Position numbers and translations under genes: made by a program. From Bacilli bacterium (lineage in GTDB: Bacteria > Bacillota_I > Bacilli_A > RFN20 > CAG-826), in assembly GCA_017619815.1 (NCBI GenBank), contig JAFZRR010000043.1:1-57141 (forward strand): a stretch of 57,141 bases of DNA. Direction: 5' to 3'. A model generated the notes under the pieces. The model had not been told where the DNA came from. It searched no databases and was given only the letters and a program-made list of their open reading frames with translations. This document shows, in pieces, positions 1 through 9,177 of the stretch. Every line of letters starts with the position of its first letter. Within the stretch, counting starts at the first letter, position 1.

Positions 1-1
1 G

Positions 2-727
2 AACAAAGGATACATGACTGAAGTCTTTTCAGCTTTCAAAGATTATTTATTCACACTTGGATTTAAGAAAATAACTATCCGCGCAGAAGTCGCAAATATT
101 GGAAGTAACAAAGTTATTCAAAAGAATGGATTTCAATTTGTTGGTGTGCAACATAAAGAAAAGAATGGTAAGTCATGTGACATTAATTGTTATGAATTAA
201 GTCGAATTCTTGAAACAAATAGATTAGTTCTTAGACCAATGGCGGATGCTGATTATAAAGCTTTACAAGCGGTTATTTCTGACCCTGAAACGATGAAATA
301 TTACGCTCAACCATATGATGAAGCGGGTGTCCAGAAGTGGATTGATTGGTGTAAAGCTAGCCAAGCTAAAAGAGGATTCTCTCTTTGGTCAGTTATCTTA
401 AAAGAAACAGGACAAATGATTGGTGACTGTGGTGTTTCCATGCAAACAATTGATGATGAAATGAAACCAGAAATTGGTTATCACTTGAATAAGAAATACC
501 ATCGTCAAGGTATTGGAAAAGAAATGACACAAGCAGTCAGAAACTATTTCTTCACAAACTTTGATTACGACGCAGTTTATTCCTATATGGATGTGAATAA
601 TGAACCTTCCTATAAAACCGCTGAAGCGAATGGAATGACTTATCTACATGATTATGTCACTCATGATGGTGAAAGATGTAAGGTTTATCGCATCACCAGA
701 AGTGAATGGGAAAAGATAAAAAAATAA
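2..727 (+). CDS. Tandem RimJ/RimL-type GNAT acetyltransferase (5' truncated by window edge)
   Basis: Frame is open back to base 2 (NKGYMTE, the tail of GNAT motif A). First domain ends ...ANIGSNKVIQKNGF. A second complete GNAT starts at ILETNRLVLRP and contains YHRQGIGKE and NEPSYKTAEANGM. Confidence 0.8.
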   Translation, partial: NKGYMTEVFSAFKDYLFTLGFKKITIRAEVANIGSNKVIQKNGFQFVGVQHKEKNGKSCDINCYELSRILETNRLVLRPMADADYKALQAVISDPETMKYYAQPYDEAGVQKWIDWCKASQAKRGFSLWSVILKETGQMIGDCGVSMQTIDDEMKPEIGYHLNKKYHRQGIGKEMTQAVRNYFFTNFDYDAVYSYMDVNNEPSYKTAEANGMTYLHDYVTHDGERCKVYRITRSEWEKIKK

Positions 728-749
728 CCACCGAGATGGTGGTTTTCTT
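726..749. terminator. Bidirectional intrinsic terminator
   Basis: AACCACC-gagat-GGTGGTT hairpin with flanking A and T runs between convergent genes. Confidence 0.75.
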
Positions 750-2039
750 TTAGAAACTAATTGATAGCGTTAGTGTTAATAACGCGACAGTGATGATTGG
801 AATAGATATCACCGCGCCATATTTTATGAAATCAAGGAATGAATATTTGGTTTCATGAGAATTCACTAAGTTTGTGAACATAATACCTGCGAGTGCGCCG
901 GTAGGTGTTAAGAAAGCACCAATATTACTTCCAACGATTGAGGCATAGACCGCCATGTTGTTACTACACATATTGGAATAAAGAATGCTCATCGGAATAT
1001 TGTTAATCAAATTACTGACAAAGAAGGATGAGAATCCATAAGTCCAAATTGTATTTGTATGACTTAATAATTCCATTATTTTTTCAGAGATGCCTTGATA
1101 GTTCAAAGCCACAACCACAACAAACATTGATAAGAAGAATGGAATAAGTGGATATGGTAGTTTCTTTAAAGAACCCGTTAGATAGTTCCAATTTTTCTTT
1201 GTGACTAAACACATGATTAATGTGAAAAGAAGCAATGATGAAGCGCAAATGAGGGATATTAGCCACATTTCAACTTTGATATAACTTGAAATAATTAAAA
1301 ACACTAAACAAGTTAATAAATAACCAAGTCCCACGAACAAAGCAACCTTATTTTCGATATGAACCTCTTCCTCATTTATTTGTAGTGGAGTTCTAAGTTT
1401 TCTAAAGAAAATCAATAATAAAACGCCATATTCAATTAAGCCCGCGCATAAAGTTGGAAGGGCCATGATTTTGAAATAATCAAAGAATCCAATATTCGCA
1501 GAAGTGGCTAAATAAATATTTGTTGGATTACCAATAAGTAACATTAAAGACCATGTATTAGCCGCGGAGAATTCCGCAACTAAATAAGGAATAGGATTGA
1601 TCTTTGAATTCTTGCAGAAGAAGCAAATAAATGGAGTGAATGTGAGAATCACAATATCGTTAGATGTGAATACTGTTAAAGTCGCAGTTAAGACATAGAA
1701 GATTGTGAATAACGCAAACTGGTTGTTCTTTGCTTTCTTTGCAGCGAAGTTAGCTAAGAATTTAAATAAACCAACTTCATCAAGGAAGATGGATAAACAA
1801 GTCATTGAGAAGAATAAAATGATAATCTTGATTGGATTAATTGGAGTATTACTAGTAAGTTCTGTGAATACTTCTTTGATTGGCGCTAAGCTAGTAGCTA
1901 AAAGGATAATGGCACCAGTTAATGCGATTAACCAATAAGTGGATATGGAAAATCTACCAATCTTAATCTTTGGCAAGAAGAGGATTGATAGCGTGACGGC
2001 GATGAATGTGATGCTAGCGATAATAATTGTAGGAATCAT
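750..2039 (-). CDS. ArsB/NhaD (IT superfamily) anion permease
   Basis: About 11-12 hydrophobic segments; FTSNDIVILTFTP, LLIGNPTNI, SNLINNIP and GSNIGAFLTPTGALA motifs. Confidence 0.8.
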   Translation of the reverse strand: MIPTIIIASITFIAVTLSILFLPKIKIGRFSISTYWLIALTGAIILLATSLAPIKEVFTELTSNTPINPIKIIILFFSMTCLSIFLDEVGLFKFLANFAAKKAKNNQFALFTIFYVLTATLTVFTSNDIVILTFTPFICFFCKNSKINPIPYLVAEFSAANTWSLMLLIGNPTNIYLATSANIGFFDYFKIMALPTLCAGLIEYGVLLLIFFRKLRTPLQINEEEVHIENKVALFVGLGYLLTCLVFLIISSYIKVEMWLISLICASSLLLFTLIMCLVTKKNWNYLTGSLKKLPYPLIPFFLSMFVVVVALNYQGISEKIMELLSHTNTIWTYGFSSFFVSNLINNIPMSILYSNMCSNNMAVYASIVGSNIGAFLTPTGALAGIMFTNLVNSHETKYSFLDFIKYGAVISIPIITVALLTLTLSISF

Positions 2040-2294
2040 AAGAGCACGAGTGCTATTATGCTCCTTTTTATGAAAATGTTAATTAGTTTTTTCTTATAAA
2101 GAAGATTTCAAACTAAAATACTTTTAAGTTTTATAAGTTGAAATTTATATATAAAAACAACCATAAAAATATAAAATATTTTTCCATAAAAAGCACCAAA
2201 CAAAAACGAACAAAATTAGATTATTTTTTTATATATGTTATATTGATATCACGCTTCATCTATTATAAATGATGTTTCGTTTGGAGGTTTTAGT

Positions 2295-3101
2295 ATGAAG
2301 AGCTTTATCAACGCTGCGGAATATGTCGAACTCGCCATTTCCGAATGCGGAAAAGAAGAATGTGTAAAGAATAAAGCGGTTTGCTTAGGCAAAAGAGATT
2401 TTCATCTTTTCCATTATGTTTTACTTGGTAAAGGTACTTTGCTAATCAATAACAAAGAATACCGTTTATCCAAAGGCAACGTCTTCTTTATTCCCGCTCA
2501 CGCTGATGCTTTCTATTATCCAGATAAAGATGATCCATGGATTTATGAATGGGTTGGCTTTACTGGCACAAAAGTGGATGCCTATTTAGAAGAATTAAAT
2601 CTCTCTATCGATCATCCAGTTATTGTTGATAAGAATAAAACCTATAAACCATATTTCAACGCTATCGTAAAAAGATATTTGAATAATGGTTATTCTGACA
2701 TTTCTTCTTTGGGAGCCTTATATGAATTATTTGGGGAAATGATTTATGAAAAAGAAGGCGCTCAAACAATGTCAAAAACATCCGTGACAGTCCAATTAGC
2801 GAAAGATTTCATTAGAAATAACTATCGCACAGACATCACAATTGAAGACATCGCAAAGAATGCAAATGTCACACCAAACTATTTATCGGCCATCTTCCAA
2901 AAAGAAGAAAATATGACCACAAAGAGATATCTCACAAAGATCAGAATGACTCAAGCAATGAGTCTATTACAAACCGGTAAAATGAAAGTCAAAGATGTAT
3001 CTGAAGCGGTTGGCTATCCAAATCAACTTCACTTCTCAAATGAATTCAAGAAGTACTTTGGAAAATCGCCAATTTCATACCTAAATAACAAAACCGAATA
3101 G
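2295..3101 (+). CDS. AraC-family transcriptional regulator
   Basis: N-terminal cupin domain (FHYVLLGKG...PWIYEWVGF) and C-terminal double HTH (VKDVSEAVGYPNQLHFSNEFKKYFGKSP); GGAGG RBS. Confidence 0.92.
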   Translation: MKSFINAAEYVELAISECGKEECVKNKAVCLGKRDFHLFHYVLLGKGTLLINNKEYRLSKGNVFFIPAHADAFYYPDKDDPWIYEWVGFTGTKVDAYLEELNLSIDHPVIVDKNKTYKPYFNAIVKRYLNNGYSDISSLGALYELFGEMIYEKEGAQTMSKTSVTVQLAKDFIRNNYRTDITIEDIAKNANVTPNYLSAIFQKEENMTTKRYLTKIRMTQAMSLLQTGKMKVKDVSEAVGYPNQLHFSNEFKKYFGKSPISYLNNKTE

Positions 3102-3124
3102 GGGTATCAATGTTAGGGGGAAGG

Positions 3125-3157
3125 AAGCTATTCATTATTGGATAGCTTTTTCTTTTT
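3125..3157 (+). terminator. Intrinsic terminator after the AraC gene
   Basis: AAGCTATTCA-ttat-TGGATAGCTT stem (one G-U pair) followed by a T tract. Confidence 0.7.
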
Positions 3158-3205
3158 GTTTAACAAAGACAAAACTATAATTATATTTAGCGAAGGTATA
3201 TAACT

Positions 3206-4150
3206 ATGATTTCTATCGGTATTGATATTGGTGGCACATCAATCAAAGGTGCAGGAATTACAAAAGAAGGTAAAGTATTAGAAGTCTTTTCTTTACCAGT
3301 TGATAAACAAGATAATCAAGAAACCACAATTAACAAGTTAATTGATGCAGTAAATAATTACATCAAAGAACAAGGTTTCAAGAAAGAAGAAATCTTAGGC
3401 ATCGGTTTAGGTGTTCCTGGCGTTATGGACACAAAAGCTGGTGTCATTACATATTCCAATAACTTGCAATGGTATGAATTACCAATCGTAGAAATGATGG
3501 AAAAAGGAACTGGCCTCAAAGTCAAAATCACCAATGACGCAAACGCAGCAGCATTAGGTGAAGGTAGATATGGTGCTGGTAAGAAATATAAAAACATCAT
3601 CATGGTGACATTAGGCACCGGTGTTGGCGGCGGTATCATCATTGATGGAAAACTCTTTGAAGGTAACTTAGGTAAGGGCGCTGAACTTGGACATACAGTC
3701 GTGGTTATCGATGGCGAACAATGTTCATGCGGTAGAAAAGGTTGTTTAGAAGCTTATGCCTCTGCAACAGCATTAATTAGAGATACCAAGAGAGCCATGG
3801 AGCAACATAAAGAATCCAAGTGTTGGGAAATCGCTGAAAAGTTAGGTAAGGTTGATGCTCGTGTGGCATTTGAAGCTGATAGATTAGGTGATCCAGTCGG
3901 TCATCAATTAGTGGAAAACTATGTTAAGTATTTAGGCGAAGGGTTATTGAATTATTTCAATATTTTTAGACCTGAAGCAGTCATTCTTTCCGGTGGCATC
4001 GCTAACGAAGGCGAATATCTCTTATCCAGATTGAGAAAGTATTTTGAAGAACGCAACTATGGTTTTCAAGGAACACCAAAAGTTGAATTATTAGTTTCTG
4101 AACTAGGATATGATTCCGGCAAGATTGGTGCTGGTGCATTATTCTTCTAA
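3206..4150 (+). CDS. ROK-family glucokinase
   Basis: IGIDIGGT, NDANAAALGE, TLGTGVGGG, GAELGH and CSCGRKGCLE zinc motif. Confidence 0.92.
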   Translation: MISIGIDIGGTSIKGAGITKEGKVLEVFSLPVDKQDNQETTINKLIDAVNNYIKEQGFKKEEILGIGLGVPGVMDTKAGVITYSNNLQWYELPIVEMMEKGTGLKVKITNDANAAALGEGRYGAGKKYKNIIMVTLGTGVGGGIIIDGKLFEGNLGKGAELGHTVVVIDGEQCSCGRKGCLEAYASATALIRDTKRAMEQHKESKCWEIAEKLGKVDARVAFEADRLGDPVGHQLVENYVKYLGEGLLNYFNIFRPEAVILSGGIANEGEYLLSRLRKYFEERNYGFQGTPKVELLVSELGYDSGKIGAGALFF

Positions 4151-4153
4151 GAC

Positions 4154-5095
4154 ATGAAAGATAGTTTTAATAGAGAAGTTGATTACTTAAGAATATCAGT
4201 CACAGACTTGTGCAATTTGAGGTGTGTTTATTGCATGCCTTCTTGTGGCGTGTGCAAAAAAGAACATCAAGAAATCATCTCTGTTGAACGCATTAAGGAA
4301 GTTGTTTTAGCGGCTTCTAAATTAGGTATTACCAAAGTTCGTCTTACAGGTGGAGAACCACTTGTGAGAAAAGGAATAATTGAGATTTGCAAAGAAATTA
4401 AATCCATTTCTGCAATAAAAGAATTATGTCTAACTACGAATGGCGTGCTTTTAAAAAACATGGCGCAAACATTATTTGATGTTGGTGTAGATAGACTGAA
4501 TGTATCTTTAGATACACTTGATTTAAAAAAGTATGAACGCATCACAAGAGGTGGGAACCTTAATGATGTTCTTGGAGGTATCGAAAAAGCAAAAGCCGTT
4601 GGTTTTAAAAACATTAAGATCAACGCCGTCCTCATCGGTGGTTTTAATGATGATGAAATAACTGATTTTGTTGAATTTGCAAAGAAGGAAGAACTCACTG
4701 TTAGATTCATTGAACTTATGCCTATTGGCCAAGGAAAGTTAATGGGTAAAGAATCATTTGTATCTAACGATCTTATTTTTCAGAAGGTTCCTGATCTTAT
4801 TCAAACCAGAGATGATGGCGTGGCTAAAGAATATAGTTTCAAAGATTCAAAAGGTAAGATTGGTTTAATATCTCCATTGTCTCATAGCTTCTGTTCATCT
4901 TGTTCCCGCATCAGATTAACAAGCGATGGCAAAATAAAACCATGTTTACACTCATCTATGGAAATACCCACAAATGGTTTAGGTGGTGATGAGCTAGTGG
5001 AGACAATTAAAAAAGCAATACTATTAAAACCAGAGAAGCATCATCTGGAAATAGGTAGTGATTCTTTAAATAATATGAACGAGATTGGCGGATAA
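4154..5095 (+). CDS. moaA: GTP 3',8-cyclase (radical SAM)
   Basis: YLRISVTDLCNLRCVYC, RLTGGEPL, RFIELMPIG, FCSSCSRIRL...KPCL and C-terminal IGG. Confidence 0.96.
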   Translation: MKDSFNREVDYLRISVTDLCNLRCVYCMPSCGVCKKEHQEIISVERIKEVVLAASKLGITKVRLTGGEPLVRKGIIEICKEIKSISAIKELCLTTNGVLLKNMAQTLFDVGVDRLNVSLDTLDLKKYERITRGGNLNDVLGGIEKAKAVGFKNIKINAVLIGGFNDDEITDFVEFAKKEELTVRFIELMPIGQGKLMGKESFVSNDLIFQKVPDLIQTRDDGVAKEYSFKDSKGKIGLISPLSHSFCSSCSRIRLTSDGKIKPCLHSSMEIPTNGLGGDELVETIKKAILLKPEKHHLEIGSDSLNNMNEIGG

Positions 5096-5192
5096 CCAAT
5101 CTTTTTTAATATTTTTTCGTATGCGCCCGCTATTCAAGGTTAATAGCCGTGCGTGTGTGCGCACAGCGAACAAAGTTCGCCAACTTGATAAT

Positions 5193-5220
5193 TTGACAAC
5201 ATTTTCTTGATTGTTAAAAT
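5193..5220 (+). promoter_or_regulatory. Sigma-A-type promoter for the moeA-like/moaC/MOSC-mogA/modABC unit
   Basis: TTGACA (5193-5198), 16 nt spacer, extended -10 TGnTAAAAT (5212-5220). Confidence 0.65.
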
Positions 5221-5235
5221 AATCAAGGTGATTTT

Positions 5236-6264
5236 ATGAAAAGAATTAATACTGTTGATGCGGTTGGCAAGATTTTATGCCACGACATTACACAAATCAT
5301 TCCAGGTGTTAATAAAGGACCTGTTTTTAAAAAAGGGCATGTTATCAGAGAAGAAGATATTCCAGTTCTTTTAAGTGTTGGAAAAGATCAAATCTTCATT
5401 TTGGAAAATGATGAAAATATGGTTCATGAAAATGATGCCGCAAATATCCTTGCTGGATTATGTGGTAAAGAGAATATTGACTGGTCCGAACCAAGCGAAG
5501 GAAAGATTGAACTTAGGGCCGCTATTGATGGTCTGTTTTTAGTTGACAATGAAAAACTACAAATTGTTAATTCTTTTGGGGAAATGATGATTGCTACTAG
5601 AGCTAGTGGTTTCCTTGTGAAAAAAGGTGATAAGTTAGCTGGCACAAGAATCATCCCTTTAGTTATTGAAAAAGAAAAGATGGATAAGGTTGTTTCTTTA
5701 GTGGGTTCAGAACCAATTATGAAAGTGGTTCCACTTAAGAAAAAGAACTATGGATTAGTGACAACTGGAAACGAAGTCTTCTATGGACGTATTAAAGATG
5801 CGTTTACACCAATACTTGAATCAAAATTAAAAGTCTTTGGGTGTGAAATGAAAGAGCACGTCATCTTGAATGATGATCATGAAAAGATAACCGCCGCTAT
5901 TAAAGAAATGCTTAGTCGTGGTCTTGATATGGTTATTTGTACAGGTGGTATGTCCGTTGATCCAGATGATAGAACGCCATTAGCTATTAAAAACAGTGGT
6001 GTTGATATCGTTACATATGGAGCACCAGTTTTACCAGGTGCTATGTTCCTAGTTTCTTATACAAAAGATAATAGGCCAGTTTTAGGCCTACCTGGGTGCG
6101 TTATGTATGCGAAAAGAACAATATTCGATTTGCTTCTTCCACGCATCTTAGCGGACGTAAAAATAAATAAAGAATACATGTCATCGTTAGGTAATGGCGG
6201 TCTCTGTTTGAATTGTGATGTATGCACATTCCCTAACTGTGGTTTTGGAAAGAGAGGTATGTAA
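5236..6264 (+). CDS. MoeA-like molybdopterin-binding protein with C-terminal Cys cluster
   Basis: [21 protein letters not shown] and [11 protein letters not shown]...LGLPG of the MoCF-biosynthesis domain; ends [19 protein letters not shown]. Confidence 0.85.
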   Translation: MKRINTVDAVGKILCHDITQIIPGVNKGPVFKKGHVIREEDIPVLLSVGKDQIFILENDENMVHENDAANILAGLCGKENIDWSEPSEGKIELRAAIDGLFLVDNEKLQIVNSFGEMMIATRASGFLVKKGDKLAGTRIIPLVIEKEKMDKVVSLVGSEPIMKVVPLKKKNYGLVTTGNEVFYGRIKDAFTPILESKLKVFGCEMKEHVILNDDHEKITAAIKEMLSRGLDMVICTGGMSVDPDDRTPLAIKNSGVDIVTYGAPVLPGAMFLVSYTKDNRPVLGLPGCVMYAKRTIFDLLLPRILADVKINKEYMSSLGNGGLCLNCDVCTFPNCGFGKRGM

Positions 6265-6265
6265 A

Positions 6266-6733
6266 ATGAGTGAATTTACACACTTTGATGAAAAGGGCAA
6301 TGCCAGAATGGTGGATGTCGCAAATAAAGAAGTGACTCATAGAGTGGCTATCGCTGAAGGTGAAATCTATATGTCACCAGAATGTTTTCAAATGGTCAAA
6401 GAAGGAAAACATAAAAAAGGTGACGTTCTCACTGTTGCTACTGTCGCAGGTATTATGGCCGCAAAGAAAACCTCTGAAATAATTCCAATGACTCACAATA
6501 TCAATCTCACCAGTGTGAATGTTACATTTGAAGAAATTCAAAATGGTTATAAAACTATAGCCAAAGTTGAATGTGATGGAAAAACAGGTGTGGAAATGGA
6601 AGCCTTGCACGCAGTAAGTTCCGCGTTATTAACAATTTATGATATGTGCAAAGCGGTTGATAAGAGAATGGAAATCAACAATATTCATCTCTTAGAAAAA
6701 AGCGGTGGTAAATCAGGAGACTTTCATCGTTAA
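6266..6733 (+). CDS. moaC: Cyclic pyranopterin monophosphate synthase
   Basis: [50 protein letters not shown] and KSGGKSG. ATG at 6266 (GAGG RBS) is preferred over the track start at 6215. Confidence 0.96.
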   Translation: MSEFTHFDEKGNARMVDVANKEVTHRVAIAEGEIYMSPECFQMVKEGKHKKGDVLTVATVAGIMAAKKTSEIIPMTHNINLTSVNVTFEEIQNGYKTIAKVECDGKTGVEMEALHAVSSALLTIYDMCKAVDKRMEINNIHLLEKSGGKSGDFHR

Positions 6734-6734
6734 T

Positions 6735-7679
6735 ATGGGAAAGATTGTTGCTATTTGCATCTCTGATAGAAAAGGTATTCAAAAGCACGAAATACCAGAA
6801 GCTACTTTTATGGCGAATTTTGGTATTGAAGGCGATGCACACGCTGGTACATGGCATCGTCAAATATCTTTCCTAGATGAAGAAGAGATTAATGCCTATA
6901 AAGAAAAAGGCGCCGAAATTACAAATGGTGCTTTCGGTGAAAACCTCATTATCCAAGGAATTAAAGTTAACCAATTATCAGTGGGTTCGTGGCTTAGATG
7001 TGGAGATGTGATATTCGAAATATCTCAAAAAGGAAAAGAGTGTCATGACCACTGCGCAATATATTACAAGATGGGTGAATGTATTATGCCAAGATTAGGA
7101 ACATTCGCCAAAGTAATCAAAGGCGGAAAAATCAAAAAAGGAGATGTAATTGAAGTGATTGAAAGAGAAAAACCATTTCCATACCAAGCAGCAGTTATTA
7201 CATTATCCGATGCTGGTTTCCGTGGTGAAAGAGAAGATATTTCAGGACCAACCATCGCAAAGCGATTGGTTCAAGAAGGATATGAAGTGGTGGAACAAAT
7301 CTTATTACCAGATGAGCCAAAGCTACTTCAAAAAGAATTAATTAGATTATGTGATCAAAGACAACTTGATTTAATTTTGACTACTGGTGGAACAGGATTC
7401 TCACATAGAGATCAAACACCAGAAGCTACATTAGCGATTATGGATAGAAATGCACCAGGCATTGCTGAAGCCATTAGAGCGGAGTCTTTGAAAATAACTC
7501 CACACGCGATGCTTTCTCGTGGTGTTTCTGTCATTAGAAAGAAAACTTTGATCATTAATCTTCCTGGTTCTCCAAAGGCATGCTTGGAGAGTATGGATGT
7601 ATTTATGAAAGCCATGCCACACGCAATTGGTTTATTGCGTAACGAAGTTTCAAATTGTGCGAAAGGAGATAAAAAATGA
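6735..7679 (+). CDS. MOSC-domain / MogA (molybdopterin adenylyltransferase) fusion
   Basis: N-half is MOSC (GIEGDAHAG..HRQIS, GAFGENL, KECHDHC..CIMPRLG). C-half is MogA/MoaB (ITLSD, TTGGTGFSHRDQTPEAT, MLSRG, INLPGSPKA). ATG at 6735 with AGGAG RBS. Confidence 0.9.
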   Translation: MGKIVAICISDRKGIQKHEIPEATFMANFGIEGDAHAGTWHRQISFLDEEEINAYKEKGAEITNGAFGENLIIQGIKVNQLSVGSWLRCGDVIFEISQKGKECHDHCAIYYKMGECIMPRLGTFAKVIKGGKIKKGDVIEVIEREKPFPYQAAVITLSDAGFRGEREDISGPTIAKRLVQEGYEVVEQILLPDEPKLLQKELIRLCDQRQLDLILTTGGTGFSHRDQTPEATLAIMDRNAPGIAEAIRAESLKITPHAMLSRGVSVIRKKTLIINLPGSPKACLESMDVFMKAMPHAIGLLRNEVSNCAKGDKK

Positions 7680-8506
7680 AAGCACAAAAAATAATTTTCA
7701 GTTGCCTTGGCGTTTTAGCACTCGTTGGCTGTTCAGCAAAAGCCAATGAAAACTTCATCCTAGGTTTAGGTGGAGAAAACGTCCCAGTTGGACAATATGC
7801 TTCCAAGATCTTAGAGTACTTCGGCTTAGATGAACAAGCATTAGCCCAAAAAGGCGTCATCTCTTATGGTGAAGACGTCAAAGCGGTTACAACTCAAGTC
7901 AAACAAGGCTTAGTCTCCGCTGGTATTATTTATGCGACAGATGCAAAATCTGCCAACTTAAAGGTTGTTGACACCGCCACAAAAGAAATGTGTGGACAAG
8001 TCATCTATCCTGCAGCCTGCATTAGCAATAGCACAGGCAAATTAGATGCTGCAAAATCATTCTTAGCTTACTTAACAAGCAACGAAGCTATGGCAGTATT
8101 TGAAAGTGTTGGTTTCTCCAAGGTTGGTGATCCACAAACTCCAATTACTCAAGTCACAAGTACAATCACATTGAATGTTTATGCTGCTGCTTCTATGACA
8201 GAAACAATGAACTCCATTAAGACAACATACGAAGCTGCTCATCCAAACATCACATTAGCGATGAACTATGGCTCTTCCGGAAAACTCCAAACTCAAATTC
8301 AAGAAGGTAGAGAACTTTGCGACTTATTTATCTCTGCTGGTGCCAAACAAATGAACGCTCTTCAAGATGGTGAATACATTGTTAATGACACAAGAATTAA
8401 TTTATTAGAAAATAAAGTTGCTTTATCAGTCCCAGATAAAAACCCAGCAAAAATTAACTCTTTTGAAGATTTAAAAGTTAAATTACAAAGCTATTTAGAC
8501 AAATAA
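7676..8506 (+). CDS. modA: Molybdate-binding lipoprotein ModA, circularly permuted
   Basis: Lipobox LVGC (Cys19). All ModA motifs are present (VPVGQY, GEDV, AGIIYATDA, YPAA, VYAAAS, YGSSGKLQTQI, DLFISA, LLENK) but the two halves are in swapped order. Lies directly upstream of modB and modC. Confidence 0.9.
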   Translation: MKAQKIIFSCLGVLALVGCSAKANENFILGLGGENVPVGQYASKILEYFGLDEQALAQKGVISYGEDVKAVTTQVKQGLVSAGIIYATDAKSANLKVVDTATKEMCGQVIYPAACISNSTGKLDAAKSFLAYLTSNEAMAVFESVGFSKVGDPQTPITQVTSTITLNVYAAASMTETMNSIKTTYEAAHPNITLAMNYGSSGKLQTQIQEGRELCDLFISAGAKQMNALQDGEYIVNDTRINLLENKVALSVPDKNPAKINSFEDLKVKLQSYLDK

Positions 8507-8508
8507 TT

Positions 8509-9177
8509 ATGAATCTATTCCCACTTTGGAACTCATTGAGAATTGCTCTTATTGCCACGGTAATAATCTTTTTCCTTGGCGTATTTTTAGCTTATCTTGT
8601 AAAGAAATGTCCCAAAGTGCTCAAAGGTATCATCGATGTTGTCTTAACATTACCTTTAGTTTTACCACCAACAGTGTGTGGCTATTTACTTATTCTAGTA
8701 TTTGGTCCTAACCACCCTGTTGGTGCGTTTTTACAAACCATGGGCATTCAGTTCTTTATGGATTGGAAAGGCGGAATATTAGCCTCCGTTATGGTGGCGT
8801 TCCCATTAATGTATAGAACCACAAGAGGTGCGTTTGAATCATTTGATGAAAACTTAGCCTCTGCAGGTAAGACATTAGGATTATCCAATTTTTATATTTT
8901 TTGGAGAATTAGAATGCCGGCTTGTAAAAATGGAATTATTGCCGGACTTGTTTTGGCCTTTGCTAGAGCATTAGGCGAATATGGTGCAACATCTATGCTT
9001 ATTGGATATAACCAATATAGAACTGCGACCATTTCCACAACAGTTGCGTATGCTTGGAATAATAACGATACTCAAACTGCCCTTGTTTGGGTTTTGATTA
9101 ACTTATTCATTTCCGCAATTGTTTTAGTCCTTATTAACATCTTTGAAAATAACAACAAGAAAGGAGCAAAACTATGA
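8509..9177 (+). CDS. modB: Molybdate ABC transporter permease
   Basis: LPLVLPPTVCGY, VAFPLMYR and FARALGEYGAT. Confidence 0.95.
   Translation: MNLFPLWNSLRIALIATVIIFFLGVFLAYLVKKCPKVLKGIIDVVLTLPLVLPPTVCGYLLILVFGPNHPVGAFLQTMGIQFFMDWKGGILASVMVAFPLMYRTTRGAFESFDENLASAGKTLGLSNFYIFWRIRMPACKNGIIAGLVLAFARALGEYGATSMLIGYNQYRTATISTTVAYAWNNNDTQTALVWVLINLFISAIVLVLINIFENNNKKGAKL

Noticed and set aside
2040-2294. Very AT-rich intergenic region as a possible replication origin or sRNA
   Set aside because: No DnaA-box cluster or stable structure seen; consistent with divergent promoters.
5096-5235. Moco riboswitch or tRNA remnant upstream of the moeA-like gene
   Set aside because: No recognisable Moco-RNA consensus and no T-loop or cloverleaf, and the structured patch lies upstream of the apparent promoter. 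Kept only as an unexplained structure.
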